NCBI GenBank assembly: GCA_035560235.1
Contig: DATMAG010000120.1
Span: 3,930-67,929, forward strand
Length of the DNA stretch: 64,000 nucleotides
Reading direction: 5' to 3'
DNA from: Blastocatellia bacterium
Lineage (GTDB): Bacteria > Acidobacteriota > Blastocatellia > RBC074
The position numbers and the translations under genes were made by a program. Positions 59,917 through 64,000 of the stretch are shown here, piece after piece; within the stretch, counting starts at the first letter, position 1, and each line of letters starts with the position of its first letter. The notes beneath the pieces were generated by a model that was given only the letters and a program-made list of their open reading frames with translations, had not been told where the DNA came from and did not search any database.

Positions 59917-61700
59917 GTTTCAAGGCAAAAAGAATTCTTTTCAGAATCGCCCTTGGGCTGATCATTTACCTGGCCATCAGTTTTTCTCCCGCCGGATCTG
60001 CTCCGCCCGGGCAGGTTCATCAGCATCCCGGCAGCAGCGAGCAGCGTCAGCCTGCTGCCACCCCGGAACGGCTGATGCCGGGACGCAGGTTGTATGAACG
60101 CAGTTGCGCCGCCTGTCACGGCTCCGACGGTCGCGCGCAAACGGTCAGAGCCTCCGCCATGAAAGTCCGGCCCGCCGATCTGACCGCGCTGCACGAGATG
60201 ACCGATGACGAAATTTACCAGGTCATCACCGACGGCATTGCCACGAGCGGAATGCCGTCATTCAAAAACAGACTGAGCGATAACGAGCGCCGTCAGATCG
60301 CTCAGTTTGTGCAGACGCTGCGCCGTCAGCCGGCTGAAACAGCTCATCAGGCTCATCACCACGATCACACCGCAACGCCGTCGCCGCAGGATCAGCCGCC
60401 TGCCGCTGATTCACACAGCGCCGATCATCAGCCTCACGCCGAGCACGGCGCAGCGGGGATGATGATCAATACAGTCACCGGCGGCCCGTTTCGTTCGATG
60501 CGCGCCATCGGTTCCGGCACGTCGCTGCAGCCTGCCTCGACGCCGATGTGGATGTGGCATTTCAGTCCGGGCGAGTGGATGCTGATGCTCCACACCGACA
60601 TGAGGACCGGCTTCAATTATCAGAGCGGACCGCGCGGCGTGGGCAGGGCTGAATCAGAAAACTGGCTGATGCTGATGGCTGAACGCAGTCTCGGCCCGGG
60701 CCGCCTGATGCTGCGCGGCATGCTTTCAGCCGAACCGCTGACAGCGCCGCACGGCGGATTCCCGCAGCTCTTTCAGACGGGCGAGACTTATCGCCGCCGC
60801 CCGATCATTGACGCGCAGCATCCGCACGATCTGGTGATGGAACTCGCGGCGAGTTATTCGGTGCCGCTTTCGGAAAACGTTTCGGTGCAGCTTTACGGCG
60901 GCCCGGTCGGTGAACCGGCGCTCGGCCCCGTCGCCTTTATGCATCGCGCTTCAGCCATTGAAAACCCGGCAGCGCCGCTCGGCCATCACTGGCAGGATTC
61001 AACGCACATCACGCACGGAGTCATCACCGGTTCACTGACGGCGTGGAAGTTCAGGTTCGAGGCTTCGGGCTTTCAGGGCAGAGAGCCGGACGAAGACCGC
61101 GTGGCGATTGAGTTCGGGCGGCTCGACTCATACAGCATTCGCACCTGGTTTACGCCGACGCCGAACTGGGCGATGCAGTTTTCATACGGGCATCTGACTG
61201 ATCCCGAAGTGGTCACGCCGGGCGATCTTGACCGGATGACGGCCTCGCTGACGTACAATCGTCCGCTTGCGAATGGCAACTGGGCGACTTCGCTGATCTG
61301 GGGACGCAATGCGGAAGAACACGGCAACTCGAATTCATACCTGCTGGAATCAACGGTCAGATTCCGGCGCCGGAATCATCTCTACACGCGGCTTGAACTG
61401 CTCGATAAAAGCGGGCTGCTTTCTGACAATATTTTTGGCCGTCCGGGGCTGATTCGCGCGCCTGTGGTGCCGCCTGAAGCTGTTCACTTTCGTCCGCCCG
61501 CAGAGTTCGAGCGCACCTTTCGCGTCGGCGCTTTCACTTTCGGCGGCGTGCACGACTTCATTGACACTGAACTGTTCCGCGTCGGCCTCGGTGCTGACGT
61601 GACCTTTTATCATCAGCCGTCAGCGCTCACCCGGATTTACGGGCGCAATCCGGTCTCAACTCACGTCTTTCTGCGCTTCCGGCCCGGCGAGATGCGCTGA
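59913..61700 (+). CDS. cytochrome c fused to His-rich linker and Met/His-rich ~400-aa C-terminal domain
   Basis: N-terminal TM/signal, CAACHGSDG heme motif, a His-rich linker (HQAHHHDHTATPSPQDQPPAADSHSADHQPHAEHG) and M-x-M motifs (MMINTV, MWMWHF, MLMLH, LMLMAE). Confidence 0.55.
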   Translation: MSFKAKRILFRIALGLIIYLAISFSPAGSAPPGQVHQHPGSSEQRQPAATPERLMPGRRLYERSCAACHGSDGRAQTVRASAMKVRPADLTALHEMTDDEIYQVITDGIATSGMPSFKNRLSDNERRQIAQFVQTLRRQPAETAHQAHHHDHTATPSPQDQPPAADSHSADHQPHAEHGAAGMMINTVTGGPFRSMRAIGSGTSLQPASTPMWMWHFSPGEWMLMLHTDMRTGFNYQSGPRGVGRAESENWLMLMAERSLGPGRLMLRGMLSAEPLTAPHGGFPQLFQTGETYRRRPIIDAQHPHDLVMELAASYSVPLSENVSVQLYGGPVGEPALGPVAFMHRASAIENPAAPLGHHWQDSTHITHGVITGSLTAWKFRFEASGFQGREPDEDRVAIEFGRLDSYSIRTWFTPTPNWAMQFSYGHLTDPEVVTPGDLDRMTASLTYNRPLANGNWATSLIWGRNAEEHGNSNSYLLESTVRFRRRNHLYTRLELLDKSGLLSDNIFGRPGLIRAPVVPPEAVHFRPPAEFERTFRVGAFTFGGVHDFIDTELFRVGLGADVTFYHQPSALTRIYGRNPVSTHVFLRFRPGEMR

Positions 61701-61724
61701 AGCTGACGGCAGAGGAGATTCGTT

Positions 61725-62603
61725 ATGGTTCGTCGCATTCTGGTCTTTCTGCTGGCGCTGGTGGTGCTGGGCGTCGTGATCGGCGTTGTCTTCCGCTCGC
61801 GCTGGCGCATGCCGCAGGCCGCGCACGAGGTTGCGCAGAAGGCGACCGATTCGGCCACGACCGGCAAGGTCAAAGTCGCGCTCGCCCTTTCAAAACGTCT
61901 CTCGGCTTATGACATCAGTGTGGACACGCACGATGGCATCGTCACGCTGACCGGGCGCGTGCCGTCAGAGATTGACCGCGAACTGGCAGCGAATGTGACA
62001 AAGGACACGGTCGGCGTTTCACAGGTGAACAATCAGCTGGAGGTTGATCCGGGCGTGACACCGTCAGACGCCGGAGCGCGTGAAAGCGCCCGCGTGGCCG
62101 ATCTGGAAATCCGCGCTGATTTGCAGGAACGTCTCAGCTCAAGCGAGCAGTTGAAGGGGCAGAACATTCAGATCAGCGTTGAGAATCGCGTCGTGACGCT
62201 GAGCGGTCAGGTCGAAACTCCGCAGCAGAAGACCGGAGCTGAACAGCTTGCGCGCAGCGTGTCGAATGTCAGCAGCGTCGTCAATAACCTGACCGTCGCC
62301 AGGCCGTCAGCCCCGCAGTCCGAAGTGCCCGGTGTTTCTGAAAATGCCACAAAGGACCGGGAGCTTTCGCGTCAGGTGCTGTTTGCGCTTTTCAGCGAGC
62401 GGGAATATTTCAGCGATGTCGGCGCGATCAGGGCTGAAGGTCAGAACGGAATGGTCACGCTCGCAGGTACTGTCGCCTCACGCGCCGAAAAGGCTCTCGC
62501 TGAACGCATCGCCAGAGATGTCAGCGGCGTGCGCAGCGTGAATAATCAGCTCACCGTCGCTACTCAGCCGACACCAGCTCCGGGGCGACGCTCAGGCAAA
62601 TGA
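61725..62603 (+). CDS. membrane-anchored protein with three BON domains
   Basis: N-terminal TM then three BON repeats (...GIVTLTGRV; ...RVVTLSGQV; ...GMVTLAGTV). Confidence 0.7.
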   Translation: MVRRILVFLLALVVLGVVIGVVFRSRWRMPQAAHEVAQKATDSATTGKVKVALALSKRLSAYDISVDTHDGIVTLTGRVPSEIDRELAANVTKDTVGVSQVNNQLEVDPGVTPSDAGARESARVADLEIRADLQERLSSSEQLKGQNIQISVENRVVTLSGQVETPQQKTGAEQLARSVSNVSSVVNNLTVARPSAPQSEVPGVSENATKDRELSRQVLFALFSEREYFSDVGAIRAEGQNGMVTLAGTVASRAEKALAERIARDVSGVRSVNNQLTVATQPTPAPGRRSGK

Positions 62604-62750
62604 GATTCTCGACGAAGCCACACGAACGAAGATTTTTCGACAGGATTTACAGGACGAGCAGAATGATTGTGTCTGGAAAGACCTGTTTCATCTCGTTCAT
62701 CCTGTAAATCCTGTCTGATATTTCTTCGTGCGGCTTCGTGGAGAATAATC

Positions 62751-64000
62751 CTACAGCGGCCAGAAGACGGGCACGACCAGCATAATCACGACGAGCACCG
62801 CCAGCGTCAGCAGGCCGCCGACGCGCACGTAATCGGCAAAGCGGTAATTGCCCGGCCCGTACACAATCGCGCAGACCGGTTCGAGCGGCGTCGGAAAGGA
62901 GCAGGAAGCGGCAATCGCAATCGCCATCACGTAAGAGCGCGGATTGACCTGCAACTGATGCGCGACGTTGATGGCAATCGGCGTCAGCAGCATCGCCGCC
63001 GCCGCGTTCGCCATCGGCTGCGTCAGGAGCGTGGTGAAGATCAGAAATCCGGCCATCACCACGAGCGGCCCGCCTGACCCCAGAGCGCCGGTCACATACT
63101 GCGCAAGCACACGCGCCGCGCCGGTCTTTTCCATCGCCACGCCCATCGGAATCGTGGCTGCAATCAGCACGATGGCCGACCATTCAACCCGCGCGTAGGC
63201 TTCGCGCACGGTGATGCAGCCGGTCAGCAGCATCGCCGCCGCTCCGGCCATGGCGATGAGCGCAATCGGCATGAGATTCAGCCCGGCAGTGACTGCCACC
63301 GCCAGAAAGAGCGCAATGGCCCACGCCGCCTTGTTGCGGCGCAGCGGCGTGTGTTCGACGTCATCGAGCGTCAGAAAGTTCGGGTCTTCGCGCAGACTGT
63401 CAATCCGCCGCTTCGAACCCTGAATGACGAGCATGTCGCCAACCTTGAGCCGGATGTCTCCGATGTTTTTCGTCAGCGGCTGATCGTGCCGGTACACGGC
63501 CAGCACATCTGCGCCGTAGCGCGAAGCAAAGCTGATGCGTTTGAGCGTGCGGCCTGTAAAGGTCGAGTTGGGCGAAAGAATCGCTTCAACAATAACTGTG
63601 TCACTGCTGCCTTTGCCATCGCTCTGAGCGCCCTCAGCGGCTGATGTTCCGGGGCCGGGTTCGGAAGTCTGTCCGGTTTCGGCGTCGCGTTTCAGATCAA
63701 GCCCCTGTGCGTCCTTGACGCTCAGAATCTTGTCGAGTTTGCCGCTCACCAGCAGCACATCACCTTCCTGCAGCACTTCGTCAACGTGCGGCAGCAGGCG
63801 TTCGCCCTGGCGCACGATTTTGATGATCTGTAATTCATAGAGATTGCGAAAGTCGGCCTCGCCGAGCGTGTGCGCGATCAGCGGCGAATCAGGCCGCACC
63901 ACTATCTCAGTCACATAATCCTTGTCCTGCCGCTCTGCCGCTTCAGATTCGGTCGCATGCTTTGGCAGCAGCCGCACGCCTATCAGCACCATGTACAGAA
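62751..64000 (-). CDS. SLC13/DASS-type permease with tandem TrkA-C domains, C-terminal part; gene continues past window end
   Basis: Two TrkA-C-like soluble repeats followed by a permease half. The ORF runs to the window edge with no plausible start. Confidence 0.6.
   Translation of the reverse strand, partial: LYMVLIGVRLLPKHATESEAAERQDKDYVTEIVVRPDSPLIAHTLGEADFRNLYELQIIKIVRQGERLLPHVDEVLQEGDVLLVSGKLDKILSVKDAQGLDLKRDAETGQTSEPGPGTSAAEGAQSDGKGSSDTVIVEAILSPNSTFTGRTLKRISFASRYGADVLAVYRHDQPLTKNIGDIRLKVGDMLVIQGSKRRIDSLREDPNFLTLDDVEHTPLRRNKAAWAIALFLAVAVTAGLNLMPIALIAMAGAAAMLLTGCITVREAYARVEWSAIVLIAATIPMGVAMEKTGAARVLAQYVTGALGSGGPLVVMAGFLIFTTLLTQPMANAAAAMLLTPIAINVAHQLQVNPRSYVMAIAIAASCSFPTPLEPVCAIVYGPGNYRFADYVRVGGLLTLAVLVVIMLVVPVFWPL

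Overview
This is a 64-kb window of high-GC bacterial chromosome, densely coding, with standard code usage (many genes end in TGA). No rRNA, tRNA, CRISPR array, transposase or integrase was recognised. All calls rest on six-frame translation and motif recognition; no database search was possible.

Order of content:
- A partial glgX running off the 5' edge, then a DUF1003 protein, cardiolipin synthase, a LOG-family protein and an HdeD-like membrane protein.
- A heat-shock/proteostasis supercluster: dnaK-grpE-dnaJ(like)-MerR(CbpM/HspR-like)-clpB-hsp20-lon, followed by rho.
- Two tandem M16 peptidases.
- A decayed ABC-transporter gene remnant.
- A XoxF-type PQQ alcohol dehydrogenase with the lanthanide-type DYD signature, followed by xoxJ-like and c-type cytochrome genes.
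- A complete caa3-type cytochrome c oxidase operon: subunit II with fused cytochrome c, subunits I and III, a small membrane ORF, a Caa3-type CtaG and a cytochrome c.
- An NRAMP-superfamily transporter with a non-canonical metal-site motif, two PRC-barrel ORFs and a YVTN beta-propeller protein.
- A rhodanese whose reading frame runs through an in-frame TGA placed exactly at the catalytic-cysteine column, making it a candidate selenoprotein.
- A hemerythrin-like protein, qNOR and a DUF362 protein, then MscS and a GH1-like protein.
- A roughly 20-kb stress-protein island containing:
  - a double PRC-barrel protein
  - two HtrA/DegQ proteases flanking a VWA protein
  - two SWFGD/BON paralogs, one carrying a roughly 170-aa RG/YG-rich low-complexity region
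  - an orphan Hsp100 D2-only AAA+ ATPase
  - OsmY-like BON lipoproteins and an S2P-CBS protease
  - DoxX, UDG family 4, YHS and DUF1440 proteins
  - a BepA/M48 homolog with HALAH in place of HExxH
  - TerC, a Csp3-like Cys-rich four-helix-bundle gene with an apparent +1 frameshift, and an Fe/Mn SOD
  - an operon encoding a coiled-coil protein plus a cytochrome c fused to a His/Met-rich C-terminal domain
- A triple-BON protein, then a partial SLC13/TrkA-C transporter running off the 3' edge.

Intergenic space carries at least three dispersed hairpin-repeat families (GTGGTYA heptamers; CACGAATGAACACGAAT inverted repeats forming a MITE-like element; TTCTCAATT...GAGAATTGAGAA) and a long polypurine/polypyrimidine mirror element. 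The gene content is reminiscent of Acidobacteriota-like soil or thermal bacteria, but that is inference only.
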